The notes: generated from the letters alone by a model not told the origin. A DNA stretch of 32,000 nucleotides from Clostridia bacterium (GCA_017934955.1 JAGBIO010000011.1:1-32000), one strand, 5' to 3'. Counted from the stretch's first letter, positions 1-9,604 are shown. Numbers and translations are program-made.

Positions 1-1058
1 AAGAGAAAAAAGAAAAGAAAACGGAACAGGAAGAAAAACCGGAAAATGAGAAAATAAACGGATTGATAGATAAAATTACGGAACAAAAGTTGGGAGAAGA
101 CGTAGAGTTTAGTGAGGATGATTTAAAGAATTTAATTATAACGGAAGCAGAAAACGAAGGAATGCCTTTAACGGAAGAAGAGCTGTTGAAAATTACGGAA
201 ATTTTAGAAAAAAAGATGATGGAAAAGGTTAGCGAAGTTGGCCCACAAAGCGTGGAAACGGAGAAAATAACGTTAAACAAAGAAGATGAAAATAAGACGG
301 AAGAAACGGACAAGGATTCAGGGGAGAATTCGAGGTCTTTTGATGTGTCTTTGGAAAAAGAAGGAATATCGGAAAAAGAGGAAACGGAACCATTAACGGA
401 TACAATGAATCAGCAAGGTTCTACGGAAGAAAAGATGTTTGATGAAGACGGAAAATCGAAAAAAGAGACGAAAATGAATGTGACGGATTTACGAAGAAAA
501 GGATTTGAGAATACAAAGGATTCATCAATGGAAATAGACGTGAAAACTGATAATTTGACAGATATAAAGACAGATACGGAAAATAAAATTCTTTCTAATA
601 ACGGCAATATGCAGGAAACCATTGATATTATCGAACAGGTGGCGGAACAAGTGGACGTTACGGTTATGGAAGATAAATCGGAAATGGTCATTAAGTTAAA
701 GCCGGATCATCTTGGAAAAGTGACAATGCAAATTTCGGTTGAAAACGGAAATGTAACAGCGAAATTTTTGGCAGAAAGTCAACGAGTAAAAGAAATCTTG
801 GAAGCAAATTTTCAAGATTTAAAGGATATGTTGAATAAACAGGGAATGTCTGTTCAAAACTTGAGTGTGTCGATTGGAAATGACAGACAAAATCAAGAGT
901 TTGAAAGCAGAAGACAAGGCTTATTTAATAGAAAAAACGGAATTTCAAGGATAAATCCGATGCAAGCAAATTCTGTATATGGATATGAGAATTCTTATTC
1001 GAATGAGCAAATTTTGAGAAATTATTATCCGGATAGTACGGTTAGTTTTTCTGCTTAG
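1..1058 (+). CDS. fliK: flagellar hook-length control protein FliK (5'-partial, open to window edge)
   Basis: The track starts this ORF at TTG 63. The same frame (codons from nt 3) has no stop back to nt 1 and keeps the same E/K/T-rich composition, so the gene probably begins upstream of the window. The C-terminal part (MVIKLKPDHLGKVTMQISVENGNVTAKFLAESQRVKEILEANFQDLKDMLNKQGMSVQNLSV) resembles the FliK/Flg_hook C-terminal domain. It lies directly upstream of flgD-flgE. Confidence 0.75.
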   Translation, partial: EKKEKKTEQEEKPENEKINGLIDKITEQKLGEDVEFSEDDLKNLIITEAENEGMPLTEEELLKITEILEKKMMEKVSEVGPQSVETEKITLNKEDENKTEETDKDSGENSRSFDVSLEKEGISEKEETEPLTDTMNQQGSTEEKMFDEDGKSKKETKMNVTDLRRKGFENTKDSSMEIDVKTDNLTDIKTDTENKILSNNGNMQETIDIIEQVAEQVDVTVMEDKSEMVIKLKPDHLGKVTMQISVENGNVTAKFLAESQRVKEILEANFQDLKDMLNKQGMSVQNLSVSIGNDRQNQEFESRRQGLFNRKNGISRINPMQANSVYGYENSYSNEQILRNYYPDSTVSFSA

Positions 1059-1079
1059 AAGAAACGGAGGTCGTGAAAA

Positions 1080-1640
1080 ATGGCGGTAGAGAGTGTTAAC
1101 GGTGGATATGACGTGGCACCGAGCGATTATACGGGTGAAACCGGAACCGGAAAAAGCAATTTAGGAAAAGATGAATTTTTGAATTTATTGGTGACGCAGT
1201 TGCGGTATCAGGATCCGTTGAACCCTTCAAATGATACAGAATTTATCGCACAGTTAGCTCAGTTTTCTTCATTGGAACAGATGCAGAACTTAAATGATAG
1301 TTTCTCAAAATTTAAGGCATATTCCTTAGTTGGAAAGAATGTAGAAGCCAATTTGGGAACAGACGTAGTAGAAGGGTATGTGGAAAGTGTACGTATTGTA
1401 GGAGATAAAGAGTATGCGGTAATTGATGGAAATAGTGTGGAAATAGACGATATTAAGAAAGTAAACGATGTGGCAGAGGAGCTTCAGGTGTTGGTTGGTA
1501 TTTTGGAACAGCTGGGCAAGAACAATGAGATTTCGAAAGAAATTTTGGATAAAGTAACCGCTTCGAAAGACGAGAGTAATGAAGCAGGAACAGATGATTC
1601 GACAACGGATGAAGTGCCTGAGGCTACCGAGGGAGTTTAA
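1080..1640 (+). CDS. flgD: flagellar hook capping/assembly protein FlgD
   Basis: ATG 1080 follows GGAGG at 1066-1070. KDEFLNLLVTQLRYQDPLNPSNDTEFIAQLAQFSSLEQ is the conserved FlgD N-terminal signature. The gene lies between fliK and flgE. Confidence 0.85.
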   Translation: MAVESVNGGYDVAPSDYTGETGTGKSNLGKDEFLNLLVTQLRYQDPLNPSNDTEFIAQLAQFSSLEQMQNLNDSFSKFKAYSLVGKNVEANLGTDVVEGYVESVRIVGDKEYAVIDGNSVEIDDIKKVNDVAEELQVLVGILEQLGKNNEISKEILDKVTASKDESNEAGTDDSTTDEVPEATEGV

Positions 1641-1672
1641 ATAGAGAATCAAATTATTGGGAGAGAGCGAGA

Positions 1673-2059
1673 ATGATTGTTAATAACAGAATAATTCCGG
1701 GAATTGGCGGAAATATCAGTATTCCGTCCGGTCAATCCTCTCAAGGGGTTACAAAACCAAATTCGAATTTTGCGGATATTTTTAATAAAACGTTATTTGA
1801 GAGTAAGGAAGTTACGTTTTCGAAACATGCGGAAAGTCGATTGAAAACGCGCGGGATTGATTTAACGGAAGAACAAAAAAGTAAGTTGAATGACGCTGTA
1901 AATAAAGCGGGAGAAAAGAACGTAAAGGATTCGTTAATTATGATGGACGATATTGCGTTTGTTGTCAACGTGAAGGATAAGAACGTAATAACTGCACTAA
2001 ACAAGGAAGAAATGAAAAACAATGTATTCACAAATATTGATGGGGCAGTGATAGCATAG
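1673..2059 (+). CDS. small flagellar operon protein (TIGR02530-like, typical flgD-flgE intervening gene of Firmicutes)
   Basis: A 128-aa ORF with a GGGAGAGAG RBS-like run upstream. The FSKHAESRLKTRGIDLTEEQ...DSLIMMDDIAFVVNVKDKNVITA pattern and the position between flgD and flgE fit that family. The family name is from memory, not a search. Confidence 0.55.
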   Translation: MIVNNRIIPGIGGNISIPSGQSSQGVTKPNSNFADIFNKTLFESKEVTFSKHAESRLKTRGIDLTEEQKSKLNDAVNKAGEKNVKDSLIMMDDIAFVVNVKDKNVITALNKEEMKNNVFTNIDGAVIA

Positions 2060-2098
2060 GATGGTTATTTTGCACCTCTTTAAGGAGGAGTTTTACAT

Positions 2099-3433
2099 AT
2101 GATGAAATCAATGATGGCCGGAATTTCAGGCTTACGTATGCATCAGATAAGAATGGACGTTATCGGAAATAATATTGCGAATGTTAATACGACCGGTTTT
2201 AAGTCTTCGCGTGCTACTTTTAAAGAAGTTTTTTCATCGACAAGTGCATCGGCATCTGCGCCGGACTCAGAGCGTGGAATCGGTGGTGTTAATCCTATGC
2301 AGGTCGGAATGGGCATGACCCTTGCGAGTATTGATTTACAATATACCGAGGGAAATGTAGAAAGAACGGATAACCCGTTAGATGTTTCGATTGAAGGAAG
2401 CGGATTATTTGTTATTAAAGAAAATTCAGCTTCCGGTTTTACATTTACAAGAGCCGGGATGTTCGGAGTGGATAAAGTAGGAAATTTAATTACTTCAAGC
2501 GGTGCGATGGTTTGCGGATGGCAGAAGAGAAAAATTGGGGAAGATGAGATTAACCCTTCGGGATTTGATACAAGTTTGCAAGTGGAGCCGATTAATTTAT
2601 ATAAAGATCTTTTTAATGGAAATAAAAAAATAATTTCACCACAGGCGACCAGTCAAATCGTTTTTTCGGGGAATATTAACTCCAATAACGAATTAGATGA
2701 TACAGTCGGAATTCCGATGAGTTTATATGATTCCTATGGTAATGAGCATCAAGCACAAATTTCCATTAGTCGTGTGGATGGAGAAGTTAATACTTGGAAA
2801 TATTCTCTCGAACTTGACAGTGATCCGGGAAATGTTATTGTAAGCGGTGAAATTGTATTCAAATCGACCGGAGATGAAATCGGTAAAATTGAGAGTATGA
2901 CAGTGGATGACCCTGCAGGTGGTACGGCAACTGATATTACAGATGGAAAGGTTACTACAGATATTATTTTTGACGCAGATGCAAATAATGAGATATCGGT
3001 AACATTTGATTTTAACGCGTTAACACAGTATGCAGCAGACGATTCTGCCAAAGTATATGATTTTAACGGATATCCGTCCGGAGAATTAGTTGACTATAGT
3101 ATCGGTAACGATGGAATTATTACCGGAGTATATTCTAACGGAAAACAGCAACCGCTTGCGATGATTGCTTTAGCAGCGTTTGATAACCCACAGGGCTTAA
3201 AGAAAGTGGGAGACAGTTGCTTTACGCAGACAGCGAACTCCGGTGATTTTAGAGCGGTTCCGCCGGATACAACAGCCGGACAATTGGTGTCCAATACTTT
3301 GGAAATGTCAAATGTCGATTTATCCTCAGAATTCACAAATATGATTATTACCCAAAGAGGATTCCAAGCAAACAGCAAAACGATTACAACAACCGATGAA
3401 ATGTTACAGGAATTAGTTAATTTGAAGAGATAA
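2099..3433 (+). CDS. flgE: flagellar hook protein FlgE
   Basis: AGGAGG at 2083-2088 precedes ATG 2099. The N-terminal rod/hook motif is MAGISGLRMHQIRMDVIGNNIANVNTTGFK. The C-terminal motif is SNVDLSSEFTNMIITQRGFQANSKTITTTDEMLQELVNLKR. Confidence 0.9.
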   Translation: MMKSMMAGISGLRMHQIRMDVIGNNIANVNTTGFKSSRATFKEVFSSTSASASAPDSERGIGGVNPMQVGMGMTLASIDLQYTEGNVERTDNPLDVSIEGSGLFVIKENSASGFTFTRAGMFGVDKVGNLITSSGAMVCGWQKRKIGEDEINPSGFDTSLQVEPINLYKDLFNGNKKIISPQATSQIVFSGNINSNNELDDTVGIPMSLYDSYGNEHQAQISISRVDGEVNTWKYSLELDSDPGNVIVSGEIVFKSTGDEIGKIESMTVDDPAGGTATDITDGKVTTDIIFDADANNEISVTFDFNALTQYAADDSAKVYDFNGYPSGELVDYSIGNDGIITGVYSNGKQQPLAMIALAAFDNPQGLKKVGDSCFTQTANSGDFRAVPPDTTAGQLVSNTLEMSNVDLSSEFTNMIITQRGFQANSKTITTTDEMLQELVNLKR

Positions 3434-3480
3434 AAAGGCATCGTTCAATGAAGTGAACCCAAATTATTAGACAAAAAAGT

Positions 3481-4620
3481 TTAATAAGGAGGGTTCTTTT
3501 TTTTCTGCAAGAAATGAATTTGAAAAATTTTAAATATACTCGAAAACAGCAGTAAAGTCAATATTACAGACAGAATCAGATTAATTTCCGATTCAGTGTA
3601 GGCGGGTGTTGTTGCGACGACAGATGTGGTTAAAAGGGTAGAGAAATTCGTTTTCCACAGGAAAAGCCAAGTAATCATTCCGGAGAAAAGACTTTGTATT
3701 ATTTTACCTGTTAAGTAGCGCAAAAAAGATATATTGGTGTCGGAAAGGACGCTGAGTGTTTGCATATGAATGCTGAATCCGGCGAAACTAACTAACATTG
3801 AAGTGATGATTAGTTTATAAAGTAATGGTATAGAAAGTGTTGCAACTTTATTGACACCGTTTGTAACTTCCAATAATCCGGTTAAGATAGAGTAAGAAGT
3901 TTGTGTTTCGATTTTAGGAAAGAGAATTTTTGATAACAACAGTAAAATGCCGGTCTTTTCTAATATAGCGGAAAAAATCGAAAAAGTGAGAATGAATCCG
4001 CCGATGACGCAGATTAATTGAATCGAATGTTTGATGGTTTCGGTTAAAATTCCACTTAGTTTGGAAAGACGAATGACTTCAAAACGGATGGGAGAGGATG
4101 CTGTGGTTTGTGATTCGGTTTCCTTTTTAAAAAAGCGAAACAGGAAGCCTGTAAAGAAGGCAGCAAGATAATGAGATAGAAGAAGGAGAAGTCCGATGGT
4201 TGTGTTTTGGTATAATCCGATTCCGATAGCCCCTAATATAAACAATGGACCGGAATTATTGACAAAGGTAATCAGATGATTTGCTGCGTTTTGGGAAATA
4301 GCATTATTTTTGAGTAAATCCGCAGTCGTTTTCGCACCAATCGGATAACCGCCGGTCATTCCTAAGAAAACGGCAATGGAAGAGACACCGGGAAGATGAA
4401 AGAGTATTTTCATAACAGGTGCAAAAAGCTTTCCGAAAAGATAAGGAAGTGCGGATTTTGTAATTAAGTCGGAAAGAATCAAAAAAGGAAGAAGAGAAGG
4501 CACAATAACGTTATACCAAAGCGTCAAACCGGATTTTGTTGCCGCAATCATATCCTGCGGAAAGACAATACAGAATACGGCGATGATAAAGATCGTAATG
4601 CTAAAGAAATATTTTTTCAT
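3481..4620 (-). CDS. ylbJ: sporulation integral membrane protein YlbJ-like (nucleoside-recognition/Gate domain)
   Basis: Polytopic membrane protein. The start was moved to MKKYFFSITIF (ATG complement at 4618-4620), which has a GGAG RBS (complement of 4629-4632). The track's longer start at 4716 would run through the divergent relA promoter region. The family assignment rests on the TKSGLTLWYNVIVPSLLPFLILS pattern, from memory. Confidence 0.65.
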   Translation of the reverse strand: MKKYFFSITIFIIAVFCIVFPQDMIAATKSGLTLWYNVIVPSLLPFLILSDLITKSALPYLFGKLFAPVMKILFHLPGVSSIAVFLGMTGGYPIGAKTTADLLKNNAISQNAANHLITFVNNSGPLFILGAIGIGLYQNTTIGLLLLLSHYLAAFFTGFLFRFFKKETESQTTASSPIRFEVIRLSKLSGILTETIKHSIQLICVIGGFILTFSIFSAILEKTGILLLLSKILFPKIETQTSYSILTGLLEVTNGVNKVATLSIPLLYKLIITSMLVSFAGFSIHMQTLSVLSDTNISFLRYLTGKIIQSLFSGMITWLFLWKTNFSTLLTTSVVATTPAYTESEINLILSVILTLLLFSSIFKIFQIHFLQKKKNPPY

Positions 4621-4665
4621 TTTCTTTTCTCCTTTTGCTTGAGAAATTGTTCTTAGAAAATTGTA

Positions 4666-4694
4666 TTGCAATTGGGGCAAAAAAATGACATAAT
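4666..4694 (+). promoter_or_regulatory. candidate sigma-A promoter for relA
   Basis: TTGCAA (4666-4671), a 17-nt spacer, then CATAAT (4689-4694), with TG at 4686-4687 (extended -10). The implied leader is very short. Confidence 0.4.
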
Positions 4695-4714
4695 CTTTTT
4701 GAGGAGTGTTGAAC

Positions 4715-6895
4715 ATGGGAATACCTACGGCGGATGAAATTATTGAGAGAGTGAATATATATTCGAAAAGTAAAGATCATGAGCTGATTCGGAAGGCGTA
4801 TGATTTTGCGAAGAAGGCGCATGAAGGGCAACTGCGGGAGTCGGGAGAGCCGTTTTTTAAGCATCCGGCGAAGGTGGCTTTGATTTTGACGAGTTTTGAG
4901 TTGGATGATGCGTCGATTTGTGCGGGACTTTTGCATGATGTGGTGGAGGATACCGATTGTACGTTGGAGGATATTCAACGCGAATTTGGGGAAGAAGTGG
5001 CAACTTTGGTGAATGGAGTTACGAAGTTGGGAAAAATTCCGTATAATACCAAAGAGGAGCAGCAGGCGGAAAATTTGCGTAAGATGTTTATGGCGATGGC
5101 GATGGATATTCGTGTTATTTTTGTGAAATTGGCGGATCGCTTGCATAATATGAAGACTTTAGGCTATACCGGTCATGAGAAGCAAATTGAGAAGGCGCGG
5201 GAGACGCTTGAAATTTATGCACCGCTTGCTCATCGTTTGGGAATGTATTCGATTAAATGGGAATTAGAGGATTTGTGTCTGCGTTACTTGGATCCGGATG
5301 CGTATTATAAGTTGGTGGATGCGATATCCCAGCGAAGAAAAGAAAGAGAAAAGTTTATTAATGATATTATTGAGGCTGTACGGGAAAAGTTGAAGGAAGT
5401 GAATATCGAGAACGATATCGAGGGGCGTCCGAAGCATTTTTACAGTATTTATCGAAAGATGCGAGAACAGAATAAGGAAATCGATCAGATTTATGATTTG
5501 TTTGCGTTGCGAATTATCGTAAATTCGGTAAAGGATTGTTATGCAGTTTTGGGAATTGTGCATGAAATGTATCGCCCTGTGCCGGGTCGTTTTAAGGATT
5601 ATATTGCGATGCCGAAAGCAAACGGTTATCAGTCGCTTCATACGACGCTGGTGGGAAAGACCGGACATCCTTTTGAGATTCAGATTCGTACTTGGGATAT
5701 GCATCGTACGGCAGAGTACGGCGTGGCAGCGCATTGGAAGTATAAAGAGAAAACAACGGACAAAAAAGATTCCTTTGATGATAAAATGAGTTGGATTCGT
5801 CGGACGGTAGAATGGCAGAAGGAGACGAAGGATGAAAAGGAGTTCATGGAGAGTTTGAAACTTGATTTATTTAGTGATGACGTTTTCGTGTTTTCTCCTA
5901 AAGGAGACGTTTACCAACTTCCGGTTCATTCGACGCCGATTGATTTTGCGTATCGCGTTCACAGCGAAGTGGGAAATAAGATGGTGGGAGCGCGTGTTAA
6001 CGATAAAATGGTTCCGATCGGTTATGAACTGCAGAACGGTGATGTTGTGGAAATTATTACGTCTGCGAATTCGAAGGGACCGAGTCGGGATTGGCTAAAT
6101 ATTGTAAAAAGCGCGAATGCTCGTGCGAAGATGATTCAATGGTTCCGAAAGGAAGGCTATGAAGAAAATGTAGAACGTGGAAAGGAACAGGTAGAAAAGG
6201 AAGTAAAACGACTTCGACTTACACTTTCGGATTTATTGAAACCGGAGTGGGTAGAGCCGTTGTTGAAAAAATATACTTTTAACAAGATAGAAGATTGTTA
6301 TGCGGCAATTGGTTACGGTGCGATTCCGGTGGGAAAAGTAATCGGACGTTTGAAGGAAGAGTATGATAAAAAGAAAAAAGCAGAAGAGACGGTTCCCGTT
6401 GAAAATGTTGTAAAAGAGGATCATGCTAAGACAAGAAAAGCACCACCAAGTGGTATTGTAGTGAAGGGAATTGATAATTGTTTGGTGAGACTGTCGAAGT
6501 GTTGTAATCCGCTTCCGGGAGATGAAATTGTAGGGTATATTACTAAGGGAAGAGGTGTTTCGGTTCATCGAAGCGATTGTCCGAATGTAAGCAGTTTTTC
6601 TTCGGAAGATATCAATCGGTGTATTGATGTTGAGTGGTATAAGTCGAAAAATACGGAATATGTGGCGGAAATTGAAATTTTTGCAAATGATAGAAATAAC
6701 TTGTTAGCAGATGTGACAGCGGCGGTAAATGATGCAAAGGGTAGAATTTCGGCGGTGATGGCGAGAGTTATGCCGGATAAAGTGGTAGTATTGCAGATGG
6801 AGATTCAGTTGCAGGATATCGATCATTTGAATAAAGTAATGAAGGCGGTTCGAAAAGTGGATAGTGTTTATGAAGTTCGCCGTAAAAAGAAGTAG
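4715..6895 (+). CDS. relA: bifunctional (p)ppGpp synthetase/hydrolase RelA/SpoT (Rel)
   Basis: HD hydrolase motif (AGLLHDVVEDT). Synthetase core (DLFALRIIV...YIAMPKANGYQSLHTTL...EIQIRTWDMH). TGS and C-terminal ACT-like regions are present. ATG 4715 lies 8 nt after GAGGAG (4701-4706) and is preferred over the track's GTG 4706. Confidence 0.9.
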   Translation: MGIPTADEIIERVNIYSKSKDHELIRKAYDFAKKAHEGQLRESGEPFFKHPAKVALILTSFELDDASICAGLLHDVVEDTDCTLEDIQREFGEEVATLVNGVTKLGKIPYNTKEEQQAENLRKMFMAMAMDIRVIFVKLADRLHNMKTLGYTGHEKQIEKARETLEIYAPLAHRLGMYSIKWELEDLCLRYLDPDAYYKLVDAISQRRKEREKFINDIIEAVREKLKEVNIENDIEGRPKHFYSIYRKMREQNKEIDQIYDLFALRIIVNSVKDCYAVLGIVHEMYRPVPGRFKDYIAMPKANGYQSLHTTLVGKTGHPFEIQIRTWDMHRTAEYGVAAHWKYKEKTTDKKDSFDDKMSWIRRTVEWQKETKDEKEFMESLKLDLFSDDVFVFSPKGDVYQLPVHSTPIDFAYRVHSEVGNKMVGARVNDKMVPIGYELQNGDVVEIITSANSKGPSRDWLNIVKSANARAKMIQWFRKEGYEENVERGKEQVEKEVKRLRLTLSDLLKPEWVEPLLKKYTFNKIEDCYAAIGYGAIPVGKVIGRLKEEYDKKKKAEETVPVENVVKEDHAKTRKAPPSGIVVKGIDNCLVRLSKCCNPLPGDEIVGYITKGRGVSVHRSDCPNVSSFSSEDINRCIDVEWYKSKNTEYVAEIEIFANDRNNLLADVTAAVNDAKGRISAVMARVMPDKVVVLQMEIQLQDIDHLNKVMKAVRKVDSVYEVRRKKK

Positions 6896-6899
6896 GAGT

Positions 6900-7081
6900 G
6901 GACACAATAAATTGTGTCCGTACAGGTAGGTAGAGGTATGATTCAAAGGTGGACAGCATGAATGCTGTCCGTACGGATACTATTGAATGAAAAGGTAGAA
7001 ATGTGATTGAATGCTGTCCGTACGGATACTATTGAATGAAAAGGTAGAAATGTGATTGTAGGGACGGCATTTATGCTGTCC
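6900..7081. repeat. REP-like palindrome cluster (relA-dtd gap)
   Basis: Type B GGACACAATAAATTGTGTCC at 6900-6919 (followed by GTAC). Type A GGACAGCATGAATGCTGTCC at 6951-6970 (followed by GTAC). A perfect 49-bp tandem duplication at 6961-7009 / 7010-7058 re-copies the right half of the palindrome. A degenerate type A, GTAG+GGACGGCATTTATGCTGTCC, is at 7058-7081. Confidence 0.95.
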
Positions 7082-7103
7082 GTGGAAGGAATCGGTGTGT
7101 AGT

Positions 7104-7550
7104 ATGAGAGTCGTAGTGCAAAGAGTGAAATATGCGTCAGTAAAAGTAGATGGAGCAGTAAAGGGTGAAATCGGACAAGGTCTTTTGGCGTTGATTGGTG
7201 TAAAAGAAGGCGATACCGAGAAGGATTTACAGTTTTGTGTGAAAAAATTGGTGAATTTGAGAATCTTTAAGGATAACGAAGATAAGATGAACTTGTCGGT
7301 ACAAGATATCGGCGGCGAGTTGTTATTGATTTCTCAATTTACCTTATATGGTGATTGCCGAAAGGGAAACCGTCCAAGCTTTATTATGGCGGAGGCGCCG
7401 GAAAAGGCGAATGCGATGTATGAGAAGTTCATTGAGATGGTGAAGGAAACCGGTTTGAAGACGGAAAAAGGCGTTTTTGGCGCGGATATGAAAGTAGAGT
7501 TGCTTAATGACGGTCCGGTGACAATTATTATTGAGAGTCCGGGAGAGTAG
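7104..7550 (+). CDS. dtd: D-aminoacyl-tRNA deacylase
   Basis: [17 protein letters not shown]...[17 protein letters not shown]...NDGPVT is a classic Dtd sequence. ATG 7104 gives the canonical MRVVVQRV N-terminus. The relA-dtd adjacency is typical of Firmicutes. Confidence 0.9.
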   Translation: MRVVVQRVKYASVKVDGAVKGEIGQGLLALIGVKEGDTEKDLQFCVKKLVNLRIFKDNEDKMNLSVQDIGGELLLISQFTLYGDCRKGNRPSFIMAEAPEKANAMYEKFIEMVKETGLKTEKGVFGADMKVELLNDGPVTIIIESPGE

Positions 7551-7553
7551 CTT

Positions 7554-7609
7554 GGACAGCATAAATGCTGTCCGTACAGAAAACCGTAGGGACAGCATTC
7601 ATGCTGTCC
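7554..7609. repeat. REP-like palindrome pair (dtd-MBL gap)
   Basis: Type A at 7554-7573 (GGACAGCATAAATGCTGTCC+GTAC). Type A at 7590-7609 (GTAG+GGACAGCATTCATGCTGTCC). Confidence 0.95.
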
Positions 7610-7638
7610 ATGAAATAGCAGAGTACTGGGGGAACGTT

Positions 7639-8247
7639 ATGATTCAGCGATTTGTGGTTGGCGCGATACAGACGAATTGTTATGTGTTTTTTGATGAGGT
7701 ATCAAAAGAGGCTATGATTGTAGATCCCGGATATTTTGAGGAGAGAATTTGTACTTTTATTGAAGAACATCAATTAAAGCCGAAGTGTATTTATTTGACA
7801 CATTGTCATTTTGATCATATTTTGGGTGTGAAGGAATTGAAGAAACGCTATGAGATTCCTGTTTATTCCTCTGCTTTGGAGGAAATGAATTTGATGAATG
7901 ATGCGGTGAATTTATCGACATATATGTCAGGGGAATGTGTGAAAATTCCTTGTGATAAGGTGTTTTTCGAAAATGATGAATTTGAGATTGGAGCGACTTG
8001 CTTTCGTGTTTTGGAAACGCCGGGACATACCGCAGGCTCCAGCTGTTTGTATGCGGATAAAATTTTGTTTTCGGGAGATACCATGTTTTGTGATACTTAC
8101 GGAAGGTGCGATTTACCGACGGGAAATGAGAGACAGATTGTGCAGTCGATTAAGACAAAGCTGTTGACTTTGCGGGGAGATACGATTGTCTATCCGGGGC
8201 ATGGAGAGATGACCACGATTGGAGAATTTGCTGAATTGGAACTTTAG
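7639..8247 (+). CDS. MBL-fold metallo-hydrolase (glyoxalase II-like)
   Basis: HxHxDH motif (THCHFDH), plus TPGHTAGS and PGHG. The start was moved to ATG 7639 (MIQRFVVG, GGGGGA upstream). The track's 7531 start reads through two repeat hairpins. Confidence 0.75.
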   Translation: MIQRFVVGAIQTNCYVFFDEVSKEAMIVDPGYFEERICTFIEEHQLKPKCIYLTHCHFDHILGVKELKKRYEIPVYSSALEEMNLMNDAVNLSTYMSGECVKIPCDKVFFENDEFEIGATCFRVLETPGHTAGSSCLYADKILFSGDTMFCDTYGRCDLPTGNERQIVQSIKTKLLTLRGDTIVYPGHGEMTTIGEFAELEL

Positions 8248-8266
8248 GACACAATTTATTGTGTCC
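8247..8266. repeat. REP-like palindrome, type B, overlapping the MBL stop codon
   Basis: GGACACAATTTATTGTGTCC. Its first G is the last base of the TAG stop (8245-8247). Confidence 0.95.
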
Positions 8267-8281
8267 GTAAAATAGGCAGAA

Positions 8282-9604
8282 ATGGATTTGGCGGTGAATG
8301 GTATGAAAAAAGCAGTAATGTTTTTCGTTAGTTTATTTTGTTTCGTATCGATTAGTTTGGGTATTGAGATTACAAGTGATGTAAGAATCGGGTTAAGTTA
8401 TGGAAAAAATGCCGTTTCCGAGTTTACGATGTATGCGCCTTCCGGTTTGTTCATCGGCGATATCGGTGTGATGAAGGGGACGGTAACTTTTGAAAAGGGT
8501 TCTTCGAAAAAATTGAAAATTACCGCTTCCGGAACATCGCAAACTTGTCGTGTGGACGAAGAGGAAGGCGTTACGGTGGAGCCGGTAGATGAGGACGAGT
8601 TTATTTCGTATAATGGGAAAGAATATCGTGGGACGTTTGTGATTTATCGTTTTTCGGACAGCGATATTACTGTTGTAAATGTGGTGGATTTGGAAGAGTA
8701 TTTATATGGTGTCGTTCCGAAGGAACTTTCGACGGGGCATCCGATGGAGGCGTTAAAGGCACAGGCGGTAGCGGCGCGGACTTATGCTTGTCAAACGTTA
8801 AATAAGTATCAAAAGTGGAATTTCGATATGACGAATTCAACAGCGGATCAAGCTTATTCCGGTAAATCGGTGGAGCATGAGGATACCAATCGTGCGGTGG
8901 ATGAAACGGCGGGAGAGATTATTACATATGATGGCAAACCGATTACAGCGTATTATTTTTCTACCAGTGCAGGGATGACGGAAAATTCCGAAAATGTTTG
9001 GGTGAATGCTTATCCTTATTTAGTCGCGGTAGAAGATATTTATCAGAGTGAAAATTTGCCATATTCGACGTGGAGTGTGCGGTTTACGGCGGAGGAATTG
9101 GAAAAAATTTTGTTGGGACGTTCGGCAAAAATCGGGGAATTGTTGTCGGTTGATATTTTGAAAAAATCGCCGAGCAATGCGGTCTTGGAGCTTGAATTTG
9201 TAGGAAGTAAAGATACTTATAAAGTGACAAAGGAAACGGCTCGTTTGGTGTTTGGGACGAGTGAAGTGAGAAGTCAGTTTTATGATATTACGACAGATAA
9301 TACAGTGACGGTAATGAATGAGGAAGAAGAAACAAATACGGCACAACTTTCTTCTTTAGCGATTGCGACGGCGGAGGGTGTGATTTCACCGAAGGATTCG
9401 GAAATTTATGTGAAGGGTTGGAAGGAAGCCCAGGAATATCCTCTTCAGGCGAGTGAGTATATCTTAAACGGAAAAGGCTGGGGGCATGGTGTCGGAATGA
9501 GTCAAAACGGGGCTCTTGGCATGGCGAGAGAGGGATTTACGTATGATGAGATTTTGAGGTGGTATTATACCGATGTGGAAATCGAGGAAGTGGATAAAGT
9601 TTAG
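8282..9604 (+). CDS. spoIID: stage II sporulation protein D (SpoIID/LytB lytic transglycosylase family)
   Basis: SpoIID-domain motifs: EEYLYGVVPKE...EALKAQAVAARTYA...YFSTSAGMTENSENVW. The C-terminal region contains GHGVGMSQNGA. An alternative start at ATG 8303 (MKKAVMFF signal-like N-terminus) is equally plausible. Confidence 0.8.
   Translation: MDLAVNGMKKAVMFFVSLFCFVSISLGIEITSDVRIGLSYGKNAVSEFTMYAPSGLFIGDIGVMKGTVTFEKGSSKKLKITASGTSQTCRVDEEEGVTVEPVDEDEFISYNGKEYRGTFVIYRFSDSDITVVNVVDLEEYLYGVVPKELSTGHPMEALKAQAVAARTYACQTLNKYQKWNFDMTNSTADQAYSGKSVEHEDTNRAVDETAGEIITYDGKPITAYYFSTSAGMTENSENVWVNAYPYLVAVEDIYQSENLPYSTWSVRFTAEELEKILLGRSAKIGELLSVDILKKSPSNAVLELEFVGSKDTYKVTKETARLVFGTSEVRSQFYDITTDNTVTVMNEEEETNTAQLSSLAIATAEGVISPKDSEIYVKGWKEAQEYPLQASEYILNGKGWGHGVGMSQNGALGMAREGFTYDEILRWYYTDVEIEEVDKV

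Noticed and set aside
4601-5146. Antisense or shadow ORFs inside large genes, e.g. 4601-5146(-), 5264-5734(-), 6233-6568(-), 14406-14930(-), 27792-28214(-), 29863-30273(-), 23851-24216(-), 410-691(-).
   Set aside because: They lie entirely within confidently identified CDS on the opposite strand. They have skewed composition (R/L/I/F-rich), no RBS and no recognisable domains. These are typical antisense open frames in AT-rich DNA.
6900-6919. The REP-like hairpins might act as rho-independent terminators of the upstream genes.
   Set aside because: None of the type A or B palindromes is followed by a U-tract. Several sit between genes that are normally co-transcribed. Genuine terminators in this window (21561, 22371, 26005, 27705) look quite different. 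A role as an RNA-stability element remains possible and is listed as a finding.
7531-7638. Long N-terminal extensions in the ORF track: 7095 (dtd), 7531 (MBL), 10353 (murB), 14937 (rplI), 21663 (acpS), 26615 (amidase), 4716 (ylbJ).
   Set aside because: The extensions translate the palindromic repeats, giving recurring peptides such as NAVRTE, DSIHAV and GTQFIVS. They lack an RBS, and each is followed by an internal start with a good Shine-Dalgarno and the canonical family N-terminus.
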